Assembly (NCBI GenBank): GCA_001794215.1
Contig: MGJK01000015.1
Location: 23,684 to 87,683 of the forward strand
Length of the DNA stretch: 64,000 bases
Source of the DNA: Candidatus Yanofskybacteria bacterium RIFCSPHIGHO2_01_FULL_44_24
GTDB taxonomy: Bacteria > Patescibacteriota > Minisyncoccia > 2-02-FULL-40-12 > GWA2-44-9
Direction of reading: 5' to 3'
Position numbers and translations under genes: made by a program. Of the stretch, positions 1 to 9,177 are shown piece after piece. The notes below the pieces were generated by a model. It did no database searches and was not told where the DNA came from. It was given only the letters and a program-made list of their open reading frames with translations. Position 1 is the first letter of the stretch. Every line of letters starts with the position of its first letter.

Positions 1-350
1 TCAGGCCGATTGGTAAACTTCCAGAGCGCAACGGTTGCTAAGGATGCCAAGAGGCAACCCCACTGGAAACGATCGAACTCCACGCCTAGTTCGTTCTTGC
101 GATGGAGTGACCACATCAGAACCCCGAGCACGAACCAAATTTCGATTGCGCCCAGAAGCTGTCCAATGTTGCCAAGCCACGTAGGATTCGATGTCTCCCA
201 GTAAGCAAAGTAGCCGATCGTGATAGCAATTGCGGCTATCATCCAACCAGCTGGTGACGATTTGATTCGTCCCAAGTAGATCAGATAGCAGTATCGGATG
301 GTGGCGACCGTAAGAGTTAGGCCCGCCAACCATGATGCGAGTTCTCTCAC
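1..350 (-). CDS. Membrane protein, runs off left edge of window (frame differs from the listed 1..333 ORF)
   Basis: Manual translation from GTG at 350 gives VRELASWLAGLTLTVATIRYCYLIYLGRIKSSPAGWMIAAIAITIGYFAYW... with several TM segments and no stop before the edge; TTGACT..TATAGT promoter-like sequence upstream (~395-424). Confidence 0.6.
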   Translation of the reverse strand, partial: MRELASWLAGLTLTVATIRYCYLIYLGRIKSSPAGWMIAAIAITIGYFAYWETSNPTWLGNIGQLLGAIEIWFVLGVLMWSLHRKNELGVEFDRFQWGCLLASLATVALWKFTNRP

Positions 351-426
351 GATGCCCCCCCCAATCTCCAGTTGTAAACTCAAAACTATTTTAAACTATA
401 CCACAAAAAGTGGTATAAAGTCAAGT

Positions 427-468
427 GCTACGGGACTTGGATTCCCTTCGATAAACTAAGGGTGAACC
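427..468 (-). repeat. Degenerate duplicate of the tRNA-Gln 3' end (att-like), interrupted by a 19-nt hairpin insert
   Basis: gctacgggacttggattc (427-444) vs gctgcgggacttggattc (586-603), 17/18 identical; gaacc resumes at 464 after ccttcgataaactaagggt. Confidence 0.65.
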
Positions 469-586
469 CGTCTTAAGATATAATGTATCCCTTCGGTTTG
501 AAACCTCAGGGACAAATATGAAGACAGGGAAAAATGTACGTCGAAACAGTGCTCGTTTCGACGCGATTTTTACGCTTAAAAATCGG

Positions 587-657
587 CTGCGGGACTTGGA
601 TTCGAACCAAGATACTGGGCTTCAAAGGCCCATGTCCTACCATTAGACGATCCCGCA
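587..657 (-). tRNA. tRNA-Gln(TTG)
   Basis: Reverse complement TGCGGGATCGTCTAATGGTAGGACATGGGCCTTTGAAGCCCAGTATCTTGGTTCGAATCCAAGTCCCGCAG folds as a cloverleaf; anticodon loop CTTTGAA; T-loop TTCGAAT. Confidence 0.95.
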
Positions 658-868
658 AAGAAAATAACAATCCTTGTTTGCGGGTAGTCCTGAGGCTAAC
701 TGGCCGTAGGGCGATCCCGCAATACTACGAAATTATACCTTTAAGTCCGCCCGATTTCAAAATAGTTCTCCCCGGCCTTACGGCCGGGGTATTCGCCTAA
801 GGGCTAATAGAATTCTGATCAAATTTTTTAGCTTTTATGACTTATATCATCTCGGATATTCTGCTATA

Positions 869-1420
869 ATGCTCCTAATGAAGAATGGCCTGATCCGAGA
901 TGGGGCGATAATAATCCTGAGCATCCTTGTTGCCGTTATCCTCGCAAAAACAGGAGCTCTTGAAAGTCTGATCACGTCGACCCGAGAGCTGAGGCTCATC
1001 GGAAGCTTTATCGCCGGAATATTATTTGTTTCCGTTTTTACCGTTGCTCCGGCGACTGTAGCTCTTGGAGAAATAGCTCAGTCAAATTCAGTTTTTGTAG
1101 TGGCTATTTTAGGCGGATTGGGCGCATTGGCGGGAGACTGGATCATTTTCCGTTTTATAAAAGATAAAGTTTCAGAAGATCTAACGGGTCTTCTGAAACT
1201 GGCTAAGCCGGGTAAGCTGACGACCCTTGGAAAAACTAAAGGCCTGCGGTGGCTGATACCTCTGATAGGGGCTCTGATAATTGCCTCTCCCCTGCCGGAC
1301 GAAATAGGGATAGCAATGCTCGGCTTATCTAAAATGAAAAATTCCGTATTTATTCTTCTGTCATTTATTCTGAATTCGGCCGGTATCTTAGTGATTGGGC
1401 TTGTTGCAAAAGCAGTTTAA
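869..1420 (+). CDS. Integral membrane protein (DedA/VTT-like)
   Basis: Multiple TM helices; GxxGAxxGD and SPLPDE motifs. Confidence 0.6.
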   Translation: MLLMKNGLIRDGAIIILSILVAVILAKTGALESLITSTRELRLIGSFIAGILFVSVFTVAPATVALGEIAQSNSVFVVAILGGLGALAGDWIIFRFIKDKVSEDLTGLLKLAKPGKLTTLGKTKGLRWLIPLIGALIIASPLPDEIGIAMLGLSKMKNSVFILLSFILNSAGILVIGLVAKAV

Positions 1421-1459
1421 GAAAGCCCGATTATGTTCCAATAATGAGCATAAAGATCA

Positions 1460-2422
1460 ATGTTAATAGACAATGTAACAATCAGGGTAAAGGCTGGGGA
1501 CGGCGGAAGAGGCGGGGTAGCTTTCAATAAGAACAAAATGGCTCTTGGTCCGGTTGGCGGAAACGGCGGACACGGAGGTAATATTTATTTTGAAGGAGTT
1601 TCGGATTTAAACGCCCTTTCCCAGTTCAGAAACAAGAAAGAGATAAAAACCGATGACGGCGAGAACGGTCGGGGTGATTTCGTCGATGGCCGGGACGGAG
1701 CGGACATGATAATCAAAATTCCTATCGGTACGATGATCACTAAGTTAGAGACGGCGGAGGTCATCGATATCGTTAAAGTAGGAGAGAAAATACTTATCGC
1801 CAAGGGCGGGTATCCCGGAAAGGGCAATTTTCATTACCGATCGTCGACGAATACCAGGCCCAAGCAATTCGGTCCGGGTACGCCTGGGCAAGCGTTTACG
1901 GTTAAGCTGGAACTAAAACTTATAGCCGATGTCGGCCTTATCGGTTTGCCCAATGCCGGTAAGACGAGCTTGCTCAACGAACTGACCGGCACCAAGAGCA
2001 AGGTGGCCAATTACGCCTTCACAACCCTGGAACCAAATCTCGGGGTCTATTATGAATTGATTTTAGCCGATATTCCCGGACTCATAGAGGGCGCCTCAGA
2101 AGGCAAAGGTTTGGGTATTAAATTTCTTCAGCATATAGAAAGAACCCAAACATTGTTCCATCTCGTTTCGGCTGAATCGGAAACTCCCGGGGCCGACTAT
2201 AAGATTGTCAGAAAAGAGCTGAAGAAGTACGGTCCAGAGCTGCATAAGAAAAAGGAGTACCTCTTTCTTAGCAAGTATGACTCGGTTAGTGACAAAGAAT
2301 TAAAGAAAAAACTGTCAGTCCTGAAGAAGCTTAACAAAAGCGTCATTCCCCTATCCATCCATGACGAAGAAAGTCTCAAGAAAGTCCAAGCGGTACTAAA
2401 CAAAATCAAGGAAGAAAAGTAG
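1460..2422 (+). CDS. obgE: GTPase ObgE/CgtA
   Basis: Gly-rich Obg N-domain; GLPNAGKT, YAFTT, DIPGLIEGASEGKGLG. Confidence 0.95.
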   Translation: MLIDNVTIRVKAGDGGRGGVAFNKNKMALGPVGGNGGHGGNIYFEGVSDLNALSQFRNKKEIKTDDGENGRGDFVDGRDGADMIIKIPIGTMITKLETAEVIDIVKVGEKILIAKGGYPGKGNFHYRSSTNTRPKQFGPGTPGQAFTVKLELKLIADVGLIGLPNAGKTSLLNELTGTKSKVANYAFTTLEPNLGVYYELILADIPGLIEGASEGKGLGIKFLQHIERTQTLFHLVSAESETPGADYKIVRKELKKYGPELHKKKEYLFLSKYDSVSDKELKKKLSVLKKLNKSVIPLSIHDEESLKKVQAVLNKIKEEK

Positions 2423-2425
2423 AAT

Positions 2426-2716
2426 ATGATAATGAAAAAGTATATTTACATCTCCTGTTTTATAGTTTTAGGCCTTATCCTCCAGCAATTTATCCATACG
2501 ATTGTTGAGATATGGTATATTGAGCTACTGACGATCAACTTCGATGCATACGGATTCGGCTGGTCGTGGGATACTTGGTTCCTTGTCCATCATATTGGAA
2601 GCGTTATTCTGTTGATCGCCGGCATCTTAACCGGTTATTTCGGCGGCAGATATTTTTGGCCTAAACTATACGACGAGAATGGCAAAGTTCGTTTTCCGAA
2701 GCCCTGGAGGATCTGA
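2426..2716 (+). CDS. Small membrane protein
   Basis: 96 aa, two hydrophobic segments, operonic with obgE. Confidence 0.6.
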   Translation: MIMKKYIYISCFIVLGLILQQFIHTIVEIWYIELLTINFDAYGFGWSWDTWFLVHHIGSVILLIAGILTGYFGGRYFWPKLYDENGKVRFPKPWRI

Positions 2717-2761
2717 TAGATAGCCAATCTAAAACCTAATAGTTAAGTGTGATTTTAAACT

Positions 2762-3556
2762 ATGAATATCTTTTTAAAACTTTTTGCCCTTCTGTATACT
2801 TATTACGTACATAGACTCGAGAAGAAGATCGGATACAGGGTTATATTCACTAAGATTCCGGGTACTTGGATCAACGGTTTAATGACATTAAACATGGAAA
2901 GATCTTGGGCCAGGCAGGGAATTAAGGCTTGGGGCGTCAATTACTGGACAATAGGCTCTTTAACTGAAGAGGGTATTTCTTCAAGATATGACCGCAACCA
3001 AAAACAATACCAGTCGTGGCTGGGAGCATATTTGGTGAAATTTAAAGAAGGCAGGAAGTTCACGCTCCAAGACCATTTTAATCTGGCGGTGGCCGATCAG
3101 AAAAACTGGTTAGAAGATTTTCATGACCCGCATCCGTTTATAGAAATGCCGGCCGAGAATGTAGCAAAATCCGAACCGATAAAGATAGGGGAATATTCGG
3201 GTACCTTGTATGAGTTTGGCTGGGGACCGTCGCATAGTGATGTAGGGAAGAACGTGAGCAATCTTCAGAACAAGATTTTGATGGCCCTTACGGGTTCTAT
3301 GTTTGACGAGTATAACAAACGACTGCATTTAAAAGGAAGTAATTTTATCCCCAAAGATATTCGGACCGACTATGAGACGGTGATTTTAAAAGGATATATA
3401 GCGGTCGTTGAGCTTGAAAAGAACGTAAAGGTCGTTTTGTACGGGAATGGAGCGGAACTTCTTGACCGATACAGCAACGAAGCCAAAGACTACACGCCCT
3501 TATTGAAAGAAGATATACTGATGGCATTTAAGGCGGTGGTGATAAATAAAACTTAG
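2762..3556 (+). CDS. Hypothetical protein
   Basis: 264-aa ORF in co-oriented run; no motif recognised. Confidence 0.65.
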   Translation: MNIFLKLFALLYTYYVHRLEKKIGYRVIFTKIPGTWINGLMTLNMERSWARQGIKAWGVNYWTIGSLTEEGISSRYDRNQKQYQSWLGAYLVKFKEGRKFTLQDHFNLAVADQKNWLEDFHDPHPFIEMPAENVAKSEPIKIGEYSGTLYEFGWGPSHSDVGKNVSNLQNKILMALTGSMFDEYNKRLHLKGSNFIPKDIRTDYETVILKGYIAVVELEKNVKVVLYGNGAELLDRYSNEAKDYTPLLKEDILMAFKAVVINKT

Positions 3557-3558
3557 TA

Positions 3559-4344
3559 ATGAGAATTACGCTTGCCACTTATAATATTCTGCATGGATAT
3601 CATGCCGATTTAATTTTAAAGAACCTGGCTATTTTAGTTGAAAAAAGCGCAAATATAATTTGTATTCAAGAAGCAGACCCTCCGTTTAAAAATTTACTGA
3701 ATGATTTTGTAAGAAATAAAAAATGGCAGGTTATATATTTTTACGATACGAAAGGCTGTAATTTAGCCATCGCTTGGAACCCGGAGTTTCTTCGATTTCA
3801 AGGCTCTGAAAATATTTTACTTCCAATGCCGAGAAAACCGTCCCTAGCTCAGCGCATCATTATCGGTTCCATCGAGAAGTTACAGCGCGGTGCATTATCG
3901 GCCAGTTTTTTAGCGAGCGACAAAGTAATTCGCGTAACTAATGCTCACTTGGCCTGGGAAGGGGGAATAAAGCACACATTACTCCAGCTCGGGCATCTGA
4001 AGTGGCAACTTAATAAACGGCAAAATGACCATGAGGTTTTAGCCGGAGATTTTAATACTTTTGCGCCCAGTATTCTGCGGAAGATTAAGCAAAGGAAAGT
4101 GGAAGAAGTTCTGGGAGAGTGCTGGACGAATCAATTTCCTAATATTTTCTGGACTTGCGATACCTCATATGTTGCTCCTCAAGATGGAGTTACGCCCTAT
4201 GCTAATTTTTTGCGTTCACTCGGAATAAAAATGCGTTCTCGCCTAGATTATATTTTCACACTCAACCTCAATGCTGTTTCTGGGGAGATGTTGGATCTGC
4301 CGGGCTCTGATCACCGGCCGGTAATAGGAATTTTTGAGATATAA
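3559..4344 (+). CDS. Endonuclease/exonuclease/phosphatase (EEP) family protein
   Basis: TYNI, CIQE, NAHL, AGDFN, LDYIF, SDHRPV motifs. Confidence 0.9.
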   Translation: MRITLATYNILHGYHADLILKNLAILVEKSANIICIQEADPPFKNLLNDFVRNKKWQVIYFYDTKGCNLAIAWNPEFLRFQGSENILLPMPRKPSLAQRIIIGSIEKLQRGALSASFLASDKVIRVTNAHLAWEGGIKHTLLQLGHLKWQLNKRQNDHEVLAGDFNTFAPSILRKIKQRKVEEVLGECWTNQFPNIFWTCDTSYVAPQDGVTPYANFLRSLGIKMRSRLDYIFTLNLNAVSGEMLDLPGSDHRPVIGIFEI

Positions 4345-4387
4345 AAAACCGGTTGCTTCATGCAACCGGTATAGTATACTCCGATTC

Positions 4388-5764
4388 TTATTTGTTTCTG
4401 GCGACCACTTTGGGCTGGGTTACTTCGTGGAAACCGAATTTTCCGTGCTCCCGGCCCATGCCCGAGCCTTTGTATCCGCCGAAAGGATTCCATGGCGTGG
4501 TGTAATTAGTTCCATTTATACTGACCATGCCCGACTGAATCTGCCTGGCTACCCTTGTAGCCCTCTTTTTGTTGGCCGTATAGACATACGCTCCAAGACC
4601 GTACGAAGTGTCGTTAGCTAACCTGACCGCCTCATCTTCATTACCGAAACGCAATATGGGGAGTACCGGTCCGAAAACCTCCTGTTTCCAAACAAGCATG
4701 TCAGGCGTTACATCGGTTAAAACGGTTGGTTGGTGGAACGCTCCGCCCATTTTTTTCTCAAGCGAATCTCCGCCGGTAACCGCTTTTGCTCCGCAAACTT
4801 TGGCATCTCGAACCTGTCTGACCAGTAAATCAAGCTGTCGCTTAGAGACTAACGGTCCAAGCTCGGTAGTTTCGTATTCAGCCATTCCGATTCTTCGAGC
4901 CGAAAAGGCGTTAGCAATTTTCTCAACCACTTCATTGAAAACATCTCTATGAACAATGAGCCTCTTCAAGCCGTCGCAATATTGACCGGCATTAGCTAAT
5001 CTGAATTCACAGACACTATTTACGGCAGAATCGATATCCGCGTCATCAAAGATAATTCCCGGAGCGGAACCGCCCAATTCCATAACCGCCCTTATAAATT
5101 TATCGGCCGCTGTCTTGTAAAGAGTTTTACCGGTTTTACAGCTTCCAACGAAGTGAATCAGGTTGATATCTTCATTCACGAGCATACGTCCGACATCCCC
5201 TCCGCCGTAAACTTCGGCAAAAACTTCAAATGACGGCAAGCACTTATGCATAACAGCCTCGATAAACTGACCACTTAAGGGACATTCTTCAGAATGCTTC
5301 AGGATTACTGCGTTTCCGACAATCAAACTCTGGAAAGTGCTCCAGGCAAAATTAAGGAATGGGTAATTCCAGGGAATAATAACACCGGCCACGCCCAGAG
5401 GTTCTCGGAATACCTGATGAATTTCCGTCTCGCTTTCAAAAGTTGTTTCGGGACCCAAGTACTTTTCGGCATTATCAAGGTACCAATTCATAAAATCAAG
5501 CGTCCCGTCATAATCAGCCAGGGCTTCCCTTAAAGGCATGCCCATTTCCTGGGATTCCAAGAGGGCAAATTCTGACTTGAGTTTAGCAAATGCGTCAGTA
5601 ACCCGGCGTAAAATCTTTACCCGCTTTCCCAGACTTAGGTCGGCCCATTCTTTCTGCCCCCTTGAGAGCAACATAACCCTGCCCATAATTTCATCACGAG
5701 TTGAGATTCTAACCTCGCCCAAAACTTGATAATTTGACGGATTGACGGACTTCAGCGTTGCCAT
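4388..5764 (-). CDS. NAD(P)-dependent aldehyde dehydrogenase
   Basis: IIPWNYP, LKHSE, MELGG, NAGQYC (catalytic Cys), EVFGP, PFGGYKGSG. Confidence 0.92.
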   Translation of the reverse strand: MATLKSVNPSNYQVLGEVRISTRDEIMGRVMLLSRGQKEWADLSLGKRVKILRRVTDAFAKLKSEFALLESQEMGMPLREALADYDGTLDFMNWYLDNAEKYLGPETTFESETEIHQVFREPLGVAGVIIPWNYPFLNFAWSTFQSLIVGNAVILKHSEECPLSGQFIEAVMHKCLPSFEVFAEVYGGGDVGRMLVNEDINLIHFVGSCKTGKTLYKTAADKFIRAVMELGGSAPGIIFDDADIDSAVNSVCEFRLANAGQYCDGLKRLIVHRDVFNEVVEKIANAFSARRIGMAEYETTELGPLVSKRQLDLLVRQVRDAKVCGAKAVTGGDSLEKKMGGAFHQPTVLTDVTPDMLVWKQEVFGPVLPILRFGNEDEAVRLANDTSYGLGAYVYTANKKRATRVARQIQSGMVSINGTNYTTPWNPFGGYKGSGMGREHGKFGFHEVTQPKVVARNK

Positions 5765-5910
5765 GGTTGAGACTCTTTTTCAGAGAACTGACGAGAGTTT
5801 ATACTGATAGTAAAAATCAGTCAAGCCGGCCGAAAAAGGTTCCTTAAGAGCCATATATGAACTCGCATCCGTAACAAAAAAACCGACCCCCAAGGTCGGT
5901 TGATTCAAGT

Positions 5911-7002
5911 TCAGTCGAGTCGGGTCTCGACAATAGACATGTTGCGCTTTTTCAGTTCGGCAAAAAATGGCTGAATCGGTACGGCGACTTCCGGCGGCAT
6001 AACTCCGCGCTCTGTGATAGCGCCTTCGGCTATCATCTGAGCGACGATAGACGGCGGACAACCGGTATTAATGTCCCCGGCGCTGGCCCACCATTCAGGT
6101 TTTGACTGAGCATGGCAATCTACCACCAAATTGTCGACTGTTACCCGCGATACTTCATAATCTTGGGGCGGTTGCTTGGGAGAAGTCATTAATTTTTGAA
6201 AGTCGGCCAAAACCCAGCCTGTCTTGTAGCGCCTCATGATTTCTTCGACAAAGTCGGGTTCAAAACTAACTTTAAAGTCGCAGAATTTAACCCCTTGTCT
6301 TTTAAAGCTCAAGGGCAAAGTTGCGATTTCGCTGTGGCGCGTCCAGAGAGTCCAGATTTTGCCGATCGGTTCAGGGAATTCAGTTAATTCCCATCCTGTA
6401 CGCGGAGAAATCTGTTGGAACTTTCCATTGCGGAAAATCCACGGCCGCAAAGTCAGTTCTTCCGTAATTGTCTGGGCAGAATAAGAAAACCATAAATCTT
6501 TACTGGCATTGCCGCTCAAATCTATATTGCCGACTCTAATTTTTATTGAGCGAGCCCTTCCCAGCTTGCTGATGGCGTAAGCGGCCTGTATGTTTGTAAT
6601 TCCCGGAGAACAGCCCATGCCGATCACGGCCGTCAGTCCGGCCCTTCTAAAATGTTTATGCAGCTTTAGCTGTTTACGGGTAAAAGAAAACAATCCGCCC
6701 AGATCAACATAGTGCGTACCGCTAATCAGAGCCGCATTCATAACCGACAAATTAAAATTATGCTGAAGACAGTTAATTACCGCGTTTTGCCCCGACAATG
6801 CATCAATCAAACTTCCAAGAACATTAGCATCAAGGAATCGAGCTGTTACGCGCGGATTATTGAATGATTCGGCCAGTGATAGCGCTGCCGATTCCCTGTA
6901 ATCAGCAATGACGATGCGGTTGTCTTTGTGGGATTCGAATAAATCATGGACGACTATTTTTCCGATCGTACCAGCTCCGCCGAGAACAACAAAATGCCGC
7001 AT
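5911..7002 (-). CDS. Saccharopine dehydrogenase family oxidoreductase (lysine 6-dehydrogenase-like)
   Basis: GGAGTIG Rossmann motif; HYVDLGG; GMGCSPGITN; HSE. Confidence 0.85.
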   Translation of the reverse strand: MRHFVVLGGAGTIGKIVVHDLFESHKDNRIVIADYRESAALSLAESFNNPRVTARFLDANVLGSLIDALSGQNAVINCLQHNFNLSVMNAALISGTHYVDLGGLFSFTRKQLKLHKHFRRAGLTAVIGMGCSPGITNIQAAYAISKLGRARSIKIRVGNIDLSGNASKDLWFSYSAQTITEELTLRPWIFRNGKFQQISPRTGWELTEFPEPIGKIWTLWTRHSEIATLPLSFKRQGVKFCDFKVSFEPDFVEEIMRRYKTGWVLADFQKLMTSPKQPPQDYEVSRVTVDNLVVDCHAQSKPEWWASAGDINTGCPPSIVAQMIAEGAITERGVMPPEVAVPIQPFFAELKKRNMSIVETRLD

Positions 7003-7185
7003 AAAAGCTCCTTCTACCTCGCTTTTTAAAAGTTCTATCCTATGCTTATCACCTTTAGTAATTTAGATCAAGAAATATTATTTTTTACAGAAGTATTTTG
7101 GTTAAGTCAAGGCCTTGACGCCCCCTTTCCATTTGCCATTATAAAGCCATCTAAGTCGCTCTTTTAAATCAAAAGGAGTCCGATC

Positions 7186-8628
7186 ATGGCTAACGGAAGG
7201 AACGGGAACGCAAATCCGGCCAGCTTGCTTCAGAAAGTCGGTAAAATACCGCGCAGAGTTAGGGAAGACTGCTATGCCTGTACTACTGTGATTGACCCGA
7301 ATCTGGCCTGGTTAGACGGCAAAGATTCCCGAATAACCGTTTTTGAAGGGGGCAAACGCCGATCTTTAATTGATGCTTCCGGCGGAGTAAGCACTAAAAA
7401 TCTTGGTTATGGCAATGAAGGAGTCAGAAGGGTTATTCGGCAACTTCTCCGGGATCAAAGGGAAGTTTTCGGATATCCTCACCACGATATGGAGAATGAC
7501 TATGCCTTAAACCTTGCCTGGCTATTAAGCGAGCTGGCACCGCTCAAGGTGGATAAAGAAGTAGTGTTTGCCAATTCTGGCACTGAAGGAATCGAAGCGG
7601 CAATTAAGCTTTGCTATAACGCCAGAGCTAAGTCTTCTGGCCAAAACAGACGTCGCAAAGACTTTGTCGCCTGTTACGGCGCCTTTCACGGCCGCACATT
7701 GGGCTCCTTGTCTCTTACCTGTTCAAAGCCAATCCAGCGGGAGAATTATCCGACCAACGCTTTTACCAATTCCCACATTCATTTTCCCGCCAGACATCCT
7801 TTTTTTGTCTATGATGATTGGGGCGATATTCAATACATTGATTACACGCCGAATGAATATATTGAAGAAGTAAAGCGTGCTTGCCGCAAGGGTCAGATTG
7901 ATATTGATTCTGTTAATGCCGTGGTCTTTGAACTGATCCAGGGCGAAGGCGGAGTCAATGTTGCTTCAAAAGAGGCATTGCAGGATCTGGTGAAGTTTTT
8001 TAAGGATAACGGTGTCTTTGTTGTCATCGACGAAATCCAGACCGGTTTGGGACGGACCGGCAAACTTTTTGCCTTGGAGCATTTTAATATTGATCCCGAC
8101 GTGATCGTGCTTTCCAAGTCTCTGGCTCATGGTTTTCCCTTCAGTGCCGTTGTGTATGATGCGAATATGGGCTGGACGGAAAAGGGCCAGCAGTCTTCTA
8201 CTTTCGCCGGGTCCCCTATGGGATCAGCTATCGGATTGGAAGTGATTTCTCAATTGCTATCAAACGGCTTGCTTCCGCGAGCCTATGATCTTGGCGAGAG
8301 AATACTCGGCCCGGCTTTGCGAACGATAGCCCAGGATTATTCAGAAGTCGTTCATAACGTAAGAGGCATCGGCTTGATGCATGGAATTGAATTCTGGAAT
8401 CCGCATACCAGGAAACCGGCTTCTCAATTCAGAAACGAAGTTATTATCCAGGCCAGGAAAAGGGGGGTTCTCTTTCTTGATGCTGGTATCTCGGCGATTC
8501 GGATTACTCCTCCACTGACAATCGGCAGCGATAGCGAAAATAAATCAGGCAATGAATTAGGCACTATCATTGATGTCTTAACTGAGAGTATCCAGGCATC
8601 AAGAAGAAAAATGAAGCGCATTCAGTAA
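7186..8628 (+). CDS. Class III PLP-dependent aminotransferase (GabT/ornithine/lysine AT-like)
   Basis: NSGTEGIEAAIK, FHGRT, ELIQGEGG, DEIQTGLGRTG, LSKS (PLP lysine), STFAG. Confidence 0.9.
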   Translation: MANGRNGNANPASLLQKVGKIPRRVREDCYACTTVIDPNLAWLDGKDSRITVFEGGKRRSLIDASGGVSTKNLGYGNEGVRRVIRQLLRDQREVFGYPHHDMENDYALNLAWLLSELAPLKVDKEVVFANSGTEGIEAAIKLCYNARAKSSGQNRRRKDFVACYGAFHGRTLGSLSLTCSKPIQRENYPTNAFTNSHIHFPARHPFFVYDDWGDIQYIDYTPNEYIEEVKRACRKGQIDIDSVNAVVFELIQGEGGVNVASKEALQDLVKFFKDNGVFVVIDEIQTGLGRTGKLFALEHFNIDPDVIVLSKSLAHGFPFSAVVYDANMGWTEKGQQSSTFAGSPMGSAIGLEVISQLLSNGLLPRAYDLGERILGPALRTIAQDYSEVVHNVRGIGLMHGIEFWNPHTRKPASQFRNEVIIQARKRGVLFLDAGISAIRITPPLTIGSDSENKSGNELGTIIDVLTESIQASRRKMKRIQ

Positions 8629-8707
8629 ATTGCCACACTAACTGCACAATCGTGCAGTTTTTATGTTTTGCAAGCCGTCTGTAACAAAAAACTGCCCGGA
8701 GGCAGTG

Positions 8708-9052
8708 CTACTTTTTATGACACTTTGCGCAGTTACCCTTGGTCTCGAATGATTTGCCTTGGGCGACATGGCAAGTCGCGCAGGAAGTCTTGTCTTTCTC
8801 AGCCGGTTTGTGCATGCCTGCTTTGTAATTCAGCGGCGCCTTAGAGTCTTTGGGGAAAACTTTGTCGTGGCAGGTATCACACTTCTTTTCCCTGTTGGCA
8901 TGCTGGGCATGAGGGAACTTGACGTCTCCCATCTTGGCTTTGAATACGATCTCAGCCGGAGGTTTGTCGGGAGTGCTTGTCTGAGCCGCTGTCCGGAAAA
9001 CAAACGCTGAAACGAACATCAGAGAGAATAGAACGATTGCATATTTCCTCAT
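8708..9052 (-). CDS. Secreted triheme cytochrome c (c7/c3 family)
   Basis: Signal peptide; FPHAQH; three CxxCH motifs (CDTCH, CATCH, CAKCH); GAGGAG RBS. Confidence 0.88.
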   Translation of the reverse strand: MRKYAIVLFSLMFVSAFVFRTAAQTSTPDKPPAEIVFKAKMGDVKFPHAQHANREKKCDTCHDKVFPKDSKAPLNYKAGMHKPAEKDKTSCATCHVAQGKSFETKGNCAKCHKK

Positions 9053-9177
9053 GGCGGCTCCTCTTGGTGATCATGAGCCTGCACCAATAGATTATGCCGT
9101 TTCTTCAAAATCGTCAAGATTAGCAGTTGAAGGCGGAACTGTCTGTTTTTATGGGACCATGTTATGCTTAGTTTATT

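Noticed and set aside
1-800. ORF-track entries 1..333, 10..204 and 534..800
   Set aside because: A different minus frame gives a coherent membrane protein, and 534..800 overlaps the tRNA
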